The notes under the pieces are model-generated. The model was not told where the DNA came from, made no database searches, and saw only the letters and a program-made list of their open reading frames with translations. Below, piece after piece: positions 23,300-36,391 of a stretch of 64,000 bases of DNA. This stretch comes from Mustelus asterias (Eukaryota). Made by a program: the position numbers and the translations under genes. The first letter of the stretch is position 1. Each line of letters starts with the position of its first letter. The DNA lies in contig NC_135808.1 in NCBI RefSeq assembly GCF_964213995.1, positions 50,840,001-50,904,000 on the forward strand, written 5' to 3'.

Positions 23300-26200
23300 A
23301 TGGCTACAGTGCAGAAGGAGGCTATTCAGTCCATCAAATCTGTACCAACTCTCTGAAAGAGCTTCTTACCCAGGCTCCCCACCCTATCCCTGTAACCCTG
23401 CGCATTTACCATTGCTAATCCACCTAAAGGACACATTAGGGGTAATTTAGCATGGCCAATCCATCTAACCTGCAGACTTTTGGACTGTGGGAGGAAACCG
23501 GACCATCCGGAGGAATGTCTCAACTCACATTCTGTCACACCCGCACCAGTACACACAGCTCAGGTGTGCAGTTGGATTTTTAACCCATTTCCCTGTTGTT
23601 TCCTGAAAGGTAACAAACAAACATGTCTTTCACCCCAGAGTCGGTTTACTTTGAACTCAGACGATTTCCACATTCTGAGGTATAACTCAACAGGAGATGG
23701 GTTTTAAATGTCTGCTGAGATGTGACAATCAGTCTCCATTGTTTCCGTAACAAAAGGAGATTAAAGTTTAGTGTTAGGCATTTTTTCTATCTCCATTTCT
23801 ATTTCCTGTTTGATGAAATCCCTGACATCTTTCAGGTGTGACATTTCATCTTCTCTCAGGACAATCAGTCAAATATAACCCACATCGGAATTTTCCAGAA
23901 GCTGGTCACTTTACATTCTCGGCCATCTTGGCTCAGTCAGAGTGTCATAGAAATTTACTGCACAGAAAGAGGCCCTTCAGCCCATCCTGTCTCTGCCGGC
24001 CATTGAGCACCCAACTATTCTAATCCCATTTTCCAGCACTTGGTCCGTTGCCTTGTATGCTTTGGAATTTCAAATGCTCATCTAAATACTTCTTAAATGT
24101 TGTGAGGGTTCCTGTGTCTCCCACCCTTTCAGGCAGTGAGTTCCAGATTCCCAACAGCCTCTGAGTGAAAAAGTGTTTCCTCCAATCCTTCAAAATCTTC
24201 TGCTTCTGAAATTAAATCTATGCTCCCTGGTTATTGAATCTGCTGCTAAAAGGGGAAAAGTTTCTTCGTATCTGCTCTATGTCTTCATAATTCTGACCTG
24301 CTGCGGTTATACAGGTCATTGGTGAGGCTGCACTGGGAATATTGTGCGCAGTTTTGGTCTCCCTATCTCAGGAAAGATATTTTTGCTCCAGAGGGAGTGC
24401 AGAGAAGGTATCCCAGACTGATTCTTGTTAGAATGGGACTGATGAATGAGGAGACATTGAGTTGGTTAAGACTTATATTCACTGGAGTTCAGAGGAATAA
24501 GGAGGCAACTCATGGAGACCTATAAAGCTCTAACAGGTTCGGGGGATTAGTGAGGGAAATACATGGGGTTATGGGGTAAGAGTCGATGCAGACTCGATGG
24601 GCCGAATGGCCTCCGCCTGCACTTTAGGGATTCTATTGTCCATGTCTGTGCCGGCCACCAAGCACCTATCTATTCCAATCCCATTTTCCAGCATTTGGTC
24701 CGTTGCCTTGTATGCTTTGGAATTTCAAGCGCTCATCTAAATGTTTCTTAAATGTTGTGAGGGTTCCCACCTCCACCACCCTTTCAGGCAGTGAGTTCCA
24801 GATTCCCAGCACCCTCTGGGTGAAAAGATTTCCCTCAAGACTCTCAAAATCTGCTGCCTCTGTGATTAAGGGGAAAAGTTTCCTCATATCTACCCTATCT
24901 CTGTCCCTCGTAATTCTGTCTTTCTGCAGTTATACAGGGCCTTGGTGAGGCCACACTGGGAATAATGTGTACAGTTTTACTCTCCTTATCTGAGGAAGGA
25001 TGTTTTTGCGACAGAGGGAGTGCAGCAAAGGTTTACTGGAATGATTTCTGCGATAGTGGGATTGATGTAGGAGGAGAGATTGTGTTGGTTAAGATTATAT
25101 ATTTTTTAAAGTTTATTTATCAGTCACAAATAGGCTGACATTTACACTGCAATGAAGTCACTGTGAAAATCCCCATGTGGCCACACTCCGGCGCCTGTTC
25201 GGGTATACTGAGGGAGACTTTAGCTTGGCCAATTCACCTCACCTGCACACCTTTTGGACTGTGGGAGGAAACCGGAGCACCTGGAGGAAACCCACACAGA
25301 CATGGGGAGAATGTGCAAACTCCACACAGACAGTGACCCAAGCCGGGAATCGAACCTAGCCCCCTGGCACTGTGAGGCAGCAGTGCTAACCACTGTGCCA
25401 CCGTGCTGCCCCCACTGCAGTTCAGAAGAATGAGGGGAGAATCGTATAAAAATCTATAAAATTCCAACAGGATTAGACAGGGGAGATACAGGAAGCATGT
25501 TCCCAGTGCTGGGAGCGTCCAGTTTGAGGCGTCATAGTCTGAGAATATGGGGTAAACCTTTTAGGACTGAGGTGAGGAGAAATTCCTTCACCCAGAGAGG
25601 CGTAAACCTGTGGAATTCACTACCACAGAAAGCAGTTGAGGCCAAAATATTGTACGTTTTCAAGAAGGAGTTAGATTTAGCTCTTGGGGTGAATAGGATC
25701 AAAGGATTTGAGGGGGAAGACAGGATCTGGCTCCTGATTGGATGATCAGAAATGATCATGATGAATAGTGGAGCAGGCTCAAAGGGCCGAATGGCCTCCT
25801 CCTGTTCCTATTTTCTGTGATTCTATGCAGACCAGCATTTATCACCCATCCCTAATTGCCCTGGTGAAGTTGGTGCTGAGGTGGTGGAATAAGTTCTACT
25901 CCAATGAGTATCGGCCCAACCTGCTCAAGCTTTCTTCATAAGACAATCCATTACTCAGTGGAATCAGCCTCGTGAACCATCTCTGAACTCTTTCCAATGC
26001 TACTATATCCTTTCTTAAGTATGGAGACCAAAAGTGTCCACAATATTCCAGGTGTGATTTTCTCAAGGTGCTGTACAGCTGCAGCAAAACATCCCTACTT
26101 TTATACTCATCCTCATTGCAATGAAGAGCAACATTCTATTTGTCTTCCTAATTTATTGCTGTTCCTGGATGGAAAGACATCCAGATCACTCGATAGAATC

Positions 26201-27295
26201 TCTCCAGTTTACTAGTATTCTGCTCAATCCTCCTGCCAAAGTGGACAACCTCACATTTTCCCACATTATACTCCATCTGTCAATGTTTTCCCACTCGCTG
26301 AACCTATCTCTATCCCTTTTCAGACTCTGCATCCTCCTCACAACTTGTATTTCTACTTTTCATTTTATCATCAGCACGTTTAGTGACATTCCTCTCATTC
26401 CCTTCATCCAGCTCATTAATATAGATTGTAAAGTTAAACCCCAAACAACAACCATCTTCCATTGTGCTGGGTATAACTCCAACCAGCGGAGAGTTTTCCC
26501 CTGATTCCCATGGGCTCCAGTTTTGCGAGGGCTCCTTGATGCCACACTCGGTCAAATGCTGCCTTGATGTCAAGGGCAGTCACTCTCACCTCACCTCTGG
26601 AGTTCAGCTCCTTTGTCCATGTTTGAACCAAGGCTGTAATGAGGTCAGGAGCTGAGTGATCCTGGCGGAACACTAACTGAGTGTCAGTGAGCAGGTTATT
26701 GCTGAGTAAGTGCTGCTTGGTAATCGCTCTGGATATGTTCAGATCACATTGCTGATGATCGAGAGTAGACTGATGGGGCGGTTATTGTGCGGATTGGATT
26801 TGTCCTGGTTTTTGTGCACAGTTCATAACCGGGTAATTTATCACAATCTTGGGTTGATGCCAGTGTTGTAGATGTACTGGAACAGCTTGGCTAGGGACGC
26901 GGGAAGTTCTGGAGCACAAGTCTTCAGGACCTCCAGAGGAGGTCGAGATGGATCATCCACGCGGCACTTCTGGCTGAAGATTGCTGCAAATGCTTCAGCC
27001 TTATCTTTTGCACTGATGTTCTGGGTTCCTCCGTCATTGAGGATGGGGATATTTGTGGAGCCTCCTCCTCCAGTGAGTTGTTTAATTGTCCACCACCATT
27101 CACGGCTGGATGTGGCAGGACTGCAGAGCTTTGATCTGATCCATTGTTTGTGGGATGGTTTAGCTCTGTCTATCACTTGCTGCTTCTGCTGTTTGACACA
27201 CAGTCCTGTGTTGTAGCTTCACCAGGTTAACACCTCATTTTTCAGTATGTCTGCTGTTGCTCCTGCCATGTCCTCCTGCACTCTTCATTGAACTG
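23300..27295. mobile_element. LINE/SINE fragments in the J-C intron (partial SINE about 23300-23520; CR1 pieces; SINE 25105-25411; CR1-group LINE 26435-27293 on minus)
   Basis: CR1 motifs (EYCAQFWSPYLRKD, FTQRVLGIWNSLP), SINE core, SSREWWWTIKQ on the minus strand. Confidence 0.8.
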
Positions 27296-28519
27296 AAAGC
27301 AGCAGAGAATCCACAGAAACAGACTGATGTTTGTCTGATTTGTCTGTGTGTTTATTAGATGTGACTGAGCAGATAGCAAGAGTTTCAGCAGCAACAAAGA
27401 CATTTCTCTAGTTCACCTCCCACTTTCTGCATCCACTTCCAAAATCCTCATGGGGAAAGGGCTCAGCACCTGTCAGCGACTGGTTAAATGTCCCCCCTCT
27501 AGACTATAGGCTTTCCATAATCTGCTCTCCATCTCTCTCCTGAAGACACTCTCTCTGGCTGGGGAACAGCTCCACCCTCCCCAAGTGGCCTCATTCCTCA
27601 TTTTTCAGTATGTCTGCTGTTGATCCTGCCATGTCCTCCTGCACTCTTCATTCAACTGAAAGCAGCAGAGAATCCACAGAAACAGACTGATACCTCAAAT
27701 CCCACATCATCCAGGCTGAGATCCAGTGCAGTATCGAAGGAGTGCTGCACTGTCAGAGGTGCCGTCTTTCAGATGAGACAAACTGATATCTGTCCTCTCA
27801 GGGGGTGTGAAAGATCCCATGGTACCATTGGAAGAAGGGCAGGGGAGTTCACCCCGATGTGCTGGTCAATATTTATCCCTCAATCAACATCACTACAAAT
27901 CTGCTTATCTGTTCATTCTCACTCTGCTCCCTGGGATCTTGCTGTGCACAATGAGCTGTAAAACACTTTGGGACATTCTGAGGTGATGACAGGTGCTATA
28001 GAAATGTAATTCTGTCTTTGAGGTTGGAGATTCCTGATCCTAACCCTCACTCATTATTCACACACGCGCACCCTCCAGAGTTCATGGGGTCATTCGGAGC
28101 AGTGACCCTGTCTGACCCCTGGACACTGAGACGAATTCTAACCTCACCCTTGACCTCAGCCAAGTGCTGGGGGTAAGGTTTGAAATGAAATCTAGAAGCT
28201 TCTACACTGACAGCCAATCAGAATCCTGTGTGAAGTGTGTTGATCCAAGTCTGCTCCAATGTTCTGGGATAAAGTTCTCCTGATCTGTGTGTGATCTGAG
28301 GTTTGTTGATGCTCAACCTGTTTCCCCCAGACAGACTGAACAATAATTCCAGCTTCCTGACTGGTTAACAGTCTCTTAAAGGGACACTGTGTCTTTAAAT
28401 ACTCTCACTATTAACCATTTCAGTGCTGAATTTGTTGTAACTTTCTTTATATATGTTTCAGCAACATTGCAAAATGATTCAACCAGCTTCAAACCAAACC
28501 TTTACCCCCAGACACTGAA

Positions 28520-29345
28520 CTAATTTGAAATCGAACGTGCCACTTTCCCATTATCCGTCCTCCAGTCCTCCCACACCACACCTGTAGCCAGAGAGGATTG
28601 GAAAATAATGGTCAGAGTCTCTGCTTTTTCTTCCCGTGCTTCCCTTCGCATCCTGGGATACATTTCACCCGGGCCTGGGAATTTCTCCACTTTCAAAGAT
28701 GATAAGCACATTAATATCTCCTCCCACACTATCATTATCCCATTGATTATTTCACAATCCCTCCCCTCCTGAACTACAATGTTAGCTTTATCCCTCTCAT
28801 TTGTGATATCTGATGTAAATTATTCATGACGAACCATCACCGTGTCTTCTCCCTCCACACACAAGTTATCTTTTTGATCTCTAATCAGCCCCATTCATTC
28901 CTTAGTTATCCTCCTTGCAATGTCCCACGCTATTGCTTGATGAACATATTTGTTCTGAACTCTATCTCCAGCTCGAATATCCTCCCACTGCTCTGACACT
29001 GATTTACCTTCAAGTCGCTGTTTCCTCTCCATTTTGGCAAATCCCAGTTTAGTGAAATTGGCCTTTTCCCAATTTAAAACCTTTACTCTTGATCGATCTT
29101 TCCTCTTTTCCATAACTACTCTAAATCTAACTGTATTATGATCACTATTACCCAAATGCTCTCCCACTGATACACCTTCCACATGCTGAGATTCATTCCA
29201 TAAAACTGCCCAAAACTGCCCCTTCTCTTGTTGGGATTGTTCCGTGCTGGTTAAAAAAGATCCCCCGGAATGGATTTTCGGAATTGTGTAACGTTGAAAC
29301 ATTGACACTGATTTGATCCCAGTTAATATTCGGGAAGTTGAAAGC
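28520..29345 (-). mobile_element. Decayed CR1 fragment ending about 40 bp upstream of the C acceptor
   Basis: FNFPNINW, VGEHLGNSDHN, LKVEKFPGPGEMYPRM. Confidence 0.8.
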
Positions 29346-29387
29346 CTGAAAATGGCAGTGATTAAAATTCCTTCTCTTCTCTTTCAG

Positions 29388-29716
29388 CCCGTGAGAATTC
29401 ACAACCCACGCTGACCCTGCTGCCCCCCTCCCCGGAGGAGGTCAAGACCAAGGGCACTGCCACCCTGGTGTGCCTTGCCAATCACTTCTATCCCGATGAG
29501 GTGGAGGTGAAGTGGAAGAAGGATGGTGCAGCCATTTCCAACGGGATTCAGACCAGCAACTACCTGCGAGCTTCAGACAACACCTACAGCGTCAGCAGCC
29601 TGCTGACCCTCTCTGGCTCCGACTGGGAGTCCAACGCCCGCTTCTCCTGTGCCCTCACCCACGTGAGCCTCTCCTCTCCCCTCAGCAAGAGCGTCAGGAG
29701 ATCAGAATGTGCCTAG
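29388..29716 (+). CDS. IGKC: Ig kappa-type light-chain constant exon
   Basis: Polypyrimidine-AG acceptor (29386-29387), phase compatible with J. (T)RENSQPTLTLLPPSPEEVKTKGTATLVCLANHFYP...W...YSVSSLLTL...FSCALTH...SECA*; C1-set Cys pair plus C-terminal interchain Cys. Confidence 0.97.
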
Positions 29717-30148
29717 AGTGTTAGAGACAGTCCACAGAGGAGACACAACTTGGAATAGAACAGGGGTGAGCTGGGAGGGCAAAGGTCACTGTCAGCACTG
29801 AGTTACAACTCTCTTCCTTCTCGGGACTGGGTCTGAGACACTTCTGAGGGTCAGAGGTTAAAGCACGTTATTGGGATAGTGCAGAGGGAGCTTTACTCTG
29901 TATCTAACCCCGTGCTGTTCCTGTCCTGGGAGTGTTTGATGGGGACAGTGCAGATTCGTGATAACAAGTATAACCTCTGGAAGATGCTGAAGAGTGTCAG
30001 CTGTACAATAATAATGTGACCCTGTGAAGTGTCTGCTTCAGTAAACCAGACCTCCTTCCTGCTCACCCTGCAGTTACAATTGAAGCTTCAGTCACTGTTT
30101 AAAGGGACAGGATTCTCATGCTATTGAGAAAATCTCCACAAGTGTTTT

Positions 30149-30237
30149 AATAAACCTCCATTCTCCCTGTGAATTTCTCCAGCTTCCTCTGGCTGGGCTG
30201 TTTTTTCTGTCAATGTCAATGTGTAAAAGGTAATAAA
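30149..30237 (+). terminator. Poly(A) signals of the light-chain gene
   Basis: AATAAA at 30149-30154 and 30232-30237; the second is followed by a GT-rich tract. Confidence 0.7.
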
Positions 30238-30399
30238 CATTAAGAATATTCCGTTTCTGTCTGGTGAGTGCTTTGGAAATGTCCCATCTCCCCATCAGCT
30301 GATTGGCTGCATTTCACCAAGTGATTGTCCTGATTGGCTGCTTGGACTGTCAATCAATGACAGGATGCAGCAATGCCTGTGTTGCACTGGAGGACACAG

Positions 30400-30540
30400 G
30401 AAGAAGTTTAACAACACCAGGTTAAAGTCCAACAGGTTTATTTGGTAGCAAAAGCCACACAAGCTTTCGGAGCTCTAAGCCCCTTCTTCAGGTGAGGAAA
30501 GCAGAGTGAGCAGTCTAACCTGGTGTTGTGAGACTTCTTA
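30400..30540 (-). mobile_element. Penelope-like terminal repeat fragment with a minimal hammerhead ribozyme motif (30456-30496)
   Basis: Minus strand: CAC-CTGAAGA-aGGGGC-ttaga-GCTCC-GAAA-GCTT-GTG, then AATAAA; flanked by an ACAACACCAGGTTA inverted repeat. Confidence 0.7.
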
Positions 30541-30689
30541 AATGACACATCAGCAGAAGATTGGATTCAAAGCCAATGATCATTCATTTGAAAATGATCA
30601 GTTTGATCTGGAATCTCTTGAGTGACAAGATTGAAAACAGAAAAGAAACTGAAAGTTGCTGGGATTAAACCATCACAATCACAATTCTC

Positions 30690-31643
30690 CACCCCATATT
30701 CACCACCTCCCCCTTGACCTTAACCATCTCACGTGGTCTCACTGCTCCCATAGTTTCAATCAGAGATAAGACCATCTCTGATCACTTCCTTGTATCACTC
30801 CCCAGCCACATCCCCCTCCCACATCCAAACCCTATCCCCCTTCTGTATCCATCCCTGCAAAAACCTATTCCCCAATTCACTTACAACCGCACTTTCCAAA
30901 TCCCAACTATCTCGTCTCTGGCCCTCCGATCACCACAACATTTCTGCAGCGACTGATTTCCTCCCCTTCACCCCCACCTTTGATATCCTAATCCCCAATA
31001 AAACCATGATTCCCTCTCCCCCCGGCCATTCCCCCTGCTCCGGCCTCATCTCCACTCACTTCATCCCAGGGACACAGACTTGAAAGGATCTGGTGGACAA
31101 CTGGTTTATCCATCCACTGGCTGATCTGGCTGGAGCAGTTCAAACACTTCCGGCTCCTACTCTCATCTGCTAAAACTGCTGACTATTCCAGGATCATCCT
31201 GGAATGAGAAGATAAGCTCCAGCTTCTTTTCCCAACTGCAGACCATCTTCTTAAACCCCTCTCCCCTGTCCCCTCCCCCCTCACCTCCAGCAACAAGTGT
31301 GAGGATCTCACCGAGGTCTTTGTGACTAAGATTGAGACAATCCAATCAGCTGCCTCTGCCACGTCCCTTCCTTCCTCTAACCATCTGGACAAACATCCTC
31401 TAATTCTACCTCCCCCGCCCGAGCCCTGAACTCACATCTTTCTCTAGTTTCTCTCCAATCCCCACTCATGGCTTCTCTGAGCTCATCTTGTCCATGAGAG
31501 CGACCTGTTGTTCTCAGTCCATCTGCTGCTGAAAGCCTCATCCATGCCTTTGTTCCTCTAGACGTGACTATCCCAATACACTCCTTGCTGCTCTCCCACA
31601 TACCAACATCCGCACACATCAGCTCACCCCAAACTCTGCTGTC
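30690..31643 (+). mobile_element. Decayed L2-like LINE fragment
   Basis: Endonuclease end (LTISRGL..ISDHFLVS) and pyrimidine-rich L2-type sequence. Confidence 0.6.
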
Positions 31644-34600
31644 TGATGCGCGATTAAATCACTCGGGAGGCTGGATCGTACCCGGGAAATAAAGGCTTTT
31701 ATTAGTAACAAGAATGGAGCATACTGCATAACGATACAATCCCAGACTAAAGGGTCACCAGGCAGTGCAGTGACCTTTATACTCCTCCAGGTAGGCGGAG
31801 CCAACTCGAGTGTACCACAGAACAATATCAACAGGTAGAACACCCCAAACCTAACCCCAACAGTGCCAACAGTAACATATGTACAAGTACCCATAGTGCT
31901 AACCATCTATGGTTCAGTACCCATAGTGGTAACCAACTATGGTTCACCACATTCACCCCTCCTTTAAAACAAAGGCCAGTGGGGCAAAAAAAACAGTACG
32001 AACTGTCCATGTATTCACAAGTTCAGTCGTATCGGAGGGCCGCACTGTCTCTGCGACCTCCTCAACACTGGCGGTAGCACCGGTTCTGGTGACCGTGATG
32101 ACCCTCTCTCCAAGGCGCTGTCCAGTGACTTCTCCAGTTCCTCATGGACAGGTGGACCACGAGGTGGCGACAATCTCCTGGACTCGAGCACGCCTCGAGG
32201 TGGCGACAATCTCCTGGACTCAGGCAAGCTGTACACGGGAGTAAGAGGATTAAGTGGTGGTCCCGATACTGCCCGCGCCGTGTCAGGAGGGGAGATAAAG
32301 GTCAAGGGGTCCCTAACCAGGGGTGTGGGAGCGACAAGGGTTTCCAAGTCCCCTGCAGGCGCCAGATCTCGACTAGGGACCGTGTCCTCTCGCCCGTCAG
32401 GATATGCCACATAGGCATATTGAGGGTTGGCATGGAGGAGATGGACCTGTTCAACCAAAGGGTCGGACTTGCGGGTCCTAACATGTCGCCGCAGGAGGAC
32501 AGGTCCTGAGTACGTCAACCAAGACGGCAGTGAGGTCCCAGAGGAAGACTTCCGAGGGAAGGAAAACATCCGCTCATGTGGAGTAGCGTTGGTTGCCGTA
32601 CACAGGAGGGACCGGATGGAATGGAGCGCATCAGAAAGTACCTCTTGCCAACGGGAGACTGGAAGACCTTTAGACCTCAACGCCAGTAAGACAGCCTTCC
32701 AGACTGTAGCATTTTCTCTTTCAACCTGCCCGTTACCCCTGGGGTTGTACTCATAGTCCTACTTGAGGCAATTCCTTTAGAGAGCAGGTATTGCCTCAAG
32801 TCGTCACTCATAAACGACGAGCCCCTATCACTGTGGATATAGCTGGGGTAACCAAACAGGGTGAAAAGATCCCGCAATGCTTTGATAACCGTGGCAGCGG
32901 TCATGTCTGAACAGGGAATGGCAAAAGGGAATCGTGAGTACTCGTCAATCACATTGAGGAAGTACACGTTCCGATCTTTCGAAGGAAGGGGGCCCTTGAA
33001 GTCCACACTCAATCTTTCAAAAGGGCGAGTGGTCTTCATGAGGTGTGCCCTGTCAGGTCGATAGAAGTGCGGTTTGCATTCAGCACATACCTGGCAGCTT
33101 CGGGTTATGGACCTGACATCATCCACTGAGTAGGGTAGATTCCAGGCCTTTACGAAATGGAAGAGCCGAGTGATCCCCGGATGGCAGAGATCATTGTGGA
33201 GGGCCTGTAGCCGGTCCTCCTGCACACTGGCACATGTTCCACGCAACAGGGCATCTGAGGGCTCATTGAGCTTCCCCGGACGGTACATGATATCATAGTT
33301 GTAGGTGGAGAGTTCGATTCTCCACCTCAAGATTCTATCATTTTTGATCTTACCCCTTAACGTGTTGTTGAACATGAACGCCACGGACCGCTGGTCCGTG
33401 AGCAGGGTGAATCGTTTTCCAGCCAAGTAATGGCGCCAATGCCGGACGACCTCCACAATGGCCTGAGCCTCTTTTTCCATCGCCGAATGTCGAATTTCGG
33501 GGCCTTGGAGGGTGCGAGAGAAAAAGGCGACGGGCCTGCCCGCCTGGTTAAGTGTGGCGGCCAGGGCGAAATCAGATGCATCACTCTCCACCTGGAAGGG
33601 GATGGAGTCATCAACAGCGTGCATCGTGGCTTTCGCGATGTCAGCTTTTATCCCTTCAAAGGCTAAGCGAGCCTCTGCTGCCAGGGGAAAAGAGGTAGAC
33701 TTTATGAGCGGACGGGCTTTGTCTGCATAATTGGGAAGCCACTGTGCGTAATACGAAAAGAAGCCTAAGCATCTTCTCAGTGCTTTGACGCTAGTGGGTA
33801 GGGGAAGTTCAAGGAGGGAACCCATACGGTCTGGATCAGGGCCAAGGACCCCGTTTTCCACCACGTATCCGAGAATTGCTAGGCGGCGCTTGCTGAATAC
33901 ACACTTCTCCCTGTTATAGGTCAGATTCAGGCGAGACTCAGTGTGTAAAAACTTTAGGAGGTTGGCATCGTGGTCCTGCTGGTCATGGCCGCAGATAGTG
34001 ACGTTGTCCAGGTACGGGAAGGTAGCCCGTAGCCTGTTTTGGTCCACCATTCGGTCCATTGCACGCTGGAAGACCGAGACCCCATTCGTGACGCCAAAGG
34101 GGACCCTTAAGAAGCGGTAGAGACGGCCATCCGCCTCAAAGGCCGTATATTTTCGGTCCTCTGGGCGAATGGGGAGCTGGTGATAAGCTGACTTCAAGTC
34201 GATGGTGGAGAACACTCGGTACTGCGCAATCTGGTTGACCATGTCAGATATGCACGGGAGAGGGTACGCGTCCAGCTGCGTGTATCTATTAATGGTCTGA
34301 CTATAGTCTATGACCATCCGGGGCTTGTCTCCAGTTTTAACCACCACGACTTGTGCTCTCCATGGGCTAGTGCTAGGTTGAATGATCCCTTCCCTGAGGA
34401 GCCGCTGAACCTCAGATCAAATAAAGATCCGATCCTCAGCGCTGTAACGCCTGCTCTTAGTTGCGATGGGCTTGCAGCATGGCATGAGATTCTCAAATAA
34501 AGATGGCGGGGTGATTCGGAGTGTCGAGAGACTGCACGTGGAGCGCGCTGGGCAATTTGGAGGCTGCTGTTCTCCCACTGAAAGTGGAGGGAGTGGCCCA

Positions 34601-36391
34601 TCGTACTGCAGGGTCACACTCCTCAGGTGGACCATAAAGTCTAGTCCCAGGAGTATCGGGGCGCAAAGGTGCGGTAACACGAGGAGCCTGAAGTTCTCAT
34701 AAACTGTGCCCCGCACTGTTAGGTTGACCACGCAGCTCCCAAGAACGGTAACAGATTGGGACCTCGACGCCATAGAAATTGTCTGTCTGACAGTCTGTAC
34801 TCGGAGACCGCACCGTTTCACGGTGTCAGGATGAATGAAACTCTCCGTGCTCCCGCTGTCAAACAGACAATGTATTAGGCGTCCGTTTACCTCTATGCCC
34901 ATCATGGACTTGTCGAGTCTGTGAGGTTTGGCCTGGTCCAGGATGATTGACGCCACTGTTGAATCTTGAGTACAACTGCAGGCAGCTGAGATGGTTGATG
35001 ATGATGACCCCTGCTGGTCGTCTGTGGTCGGTGCCGACCAAAATGGCTGCGCCCATGGATCGCACGTGGTCGATGGCGTTGAAAGTGGCGGCTCTCGCAG
35101 GTCGCACGTGTCTTGCGTCATCGTCCTCAGGAATGGCGGCGCTCGTGAACCGCACGTGGTTGAAGACCTCGACGAAGCCGGAGATGAGGAGACAGTTTCT
35201 GGAGAGTCACGCGCCGCACTGCTTGGCTTTGAATGTGGTTTAGCTCAGCACACTTTAGCATAGTGCCCTTTCTTCCCAAACGTGGAGCAAAATACCGTTC
35301 TGGCCGGACATTGCTGACGAGGGTGCTTTGCCAATCCACAGAAATAGCACCGCGGGCCACCTGGAGCTGCCGCCGTCGTCAGGTCCGAGGTTGAAAGCAC
35401 GATCGCGCAGTTCCGAGGAGCCGCTGGGTAGAGTTGAGTTGGTGGCTGTACTTGCCACGATGTTCCCACATGGTCGGTGGGGTAAGTTTCAAGACTTCTG
35501 GAGGCCGTTTCCATCGCATCAGCCAATTCCACTGTCTTAGCTAGGTCTAAGTTACCTTGCTCTAGCAGCCGCAGGCGAATATAGGATGAGCCGATTCCCG
35601 CCACGAGCGCATCTCGGATCAGATCGTTAGTGTACTGAATAGCCGACACTGGCTTGCAATTGCAGGCTCTGGCTAGCTGCTGAAGTTCGCGCAGGTACTG
35701 TCCCGTCGTTTCGCCGGGCTGCTGCCGCCGAGTGGCGAGTAGGTGACGAGCATGAATCTCGTTTGGCGGTTTGTTGTACAGCTTCTTAAGTAGTTCGATG
35801 GCCCCTTTGTAGTCTTGGGCATCGCGGATTGTTGAATATACAGTGTCGCTTACCCTTGCGTGGAGGACCCGCAATCTATCGGTGTCGTTTTGAATGGCTG
35901 TTGAGGCGTCGATATAGTTTTGGAAACACTTCAACCAATGGTCGAAAGTGTTCGACGCTCCAGCTGCACGTGGATCTAAGGTAAGCCGATCGGGTTTTAA
36001 CATTTGCTCCATGGTTTTGTTTTTTTTTCAACCAAAATTGTTACTAATAAAATTGATGCGCGATTAAATCACTCGGGAGGCTGGATCGTACCCGGGAAAT
36101 AAAGACTTTTATTAGTAACAAGAATGGAGCAAACTGCATAACGATACAATCCCAGACTAAAGGGTCACCAGGCAGTGCAGTGACCTTTATACTCCTACAG
36201 GTAGGTGGAGCCGACCGGAGTGTACCACAGAACAATATCAACAGGTAGAACACCCCAACCCTAACCCCAACAGTGACAACAGTAACATATGTACAAGTAC
36301 CCATAGTGATAACCATCTATGGTTCAGTACCCATAGTGCTAACCATCTATGGTTCAGTACCCATAGTGGTAACCATCTATGGTTCACCACA
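31644..36391 (-). mobile_element. Full-length but disrupted Gypsy (Mag-like) LTR retrotransposon
   Basis: LTRs 36054-36391 and 31644-31951 (TGTGG...CATCA); PPT AAAGGAGGGGTGAA; gag 35245-36012 with two zinc knuckles; protease LFDSGS; RT YLDN; RNase H; integrase. Several stops and frameshifts. Confidence 0.95.

Noticed and set aside
26807-26815. Perfect nonamer GGTTTTTGT suggesting a second J
   Set aside because: Lies inside a LINE with no heptamer at 12 or 23 nt and no FGxG.
29873-29953. Conserved regulatory element in the Ig 3' UTR
   Set aside because: Looks like a single unit of a repeat I recall as common in shark DNA; no evidence of function from the sequence.
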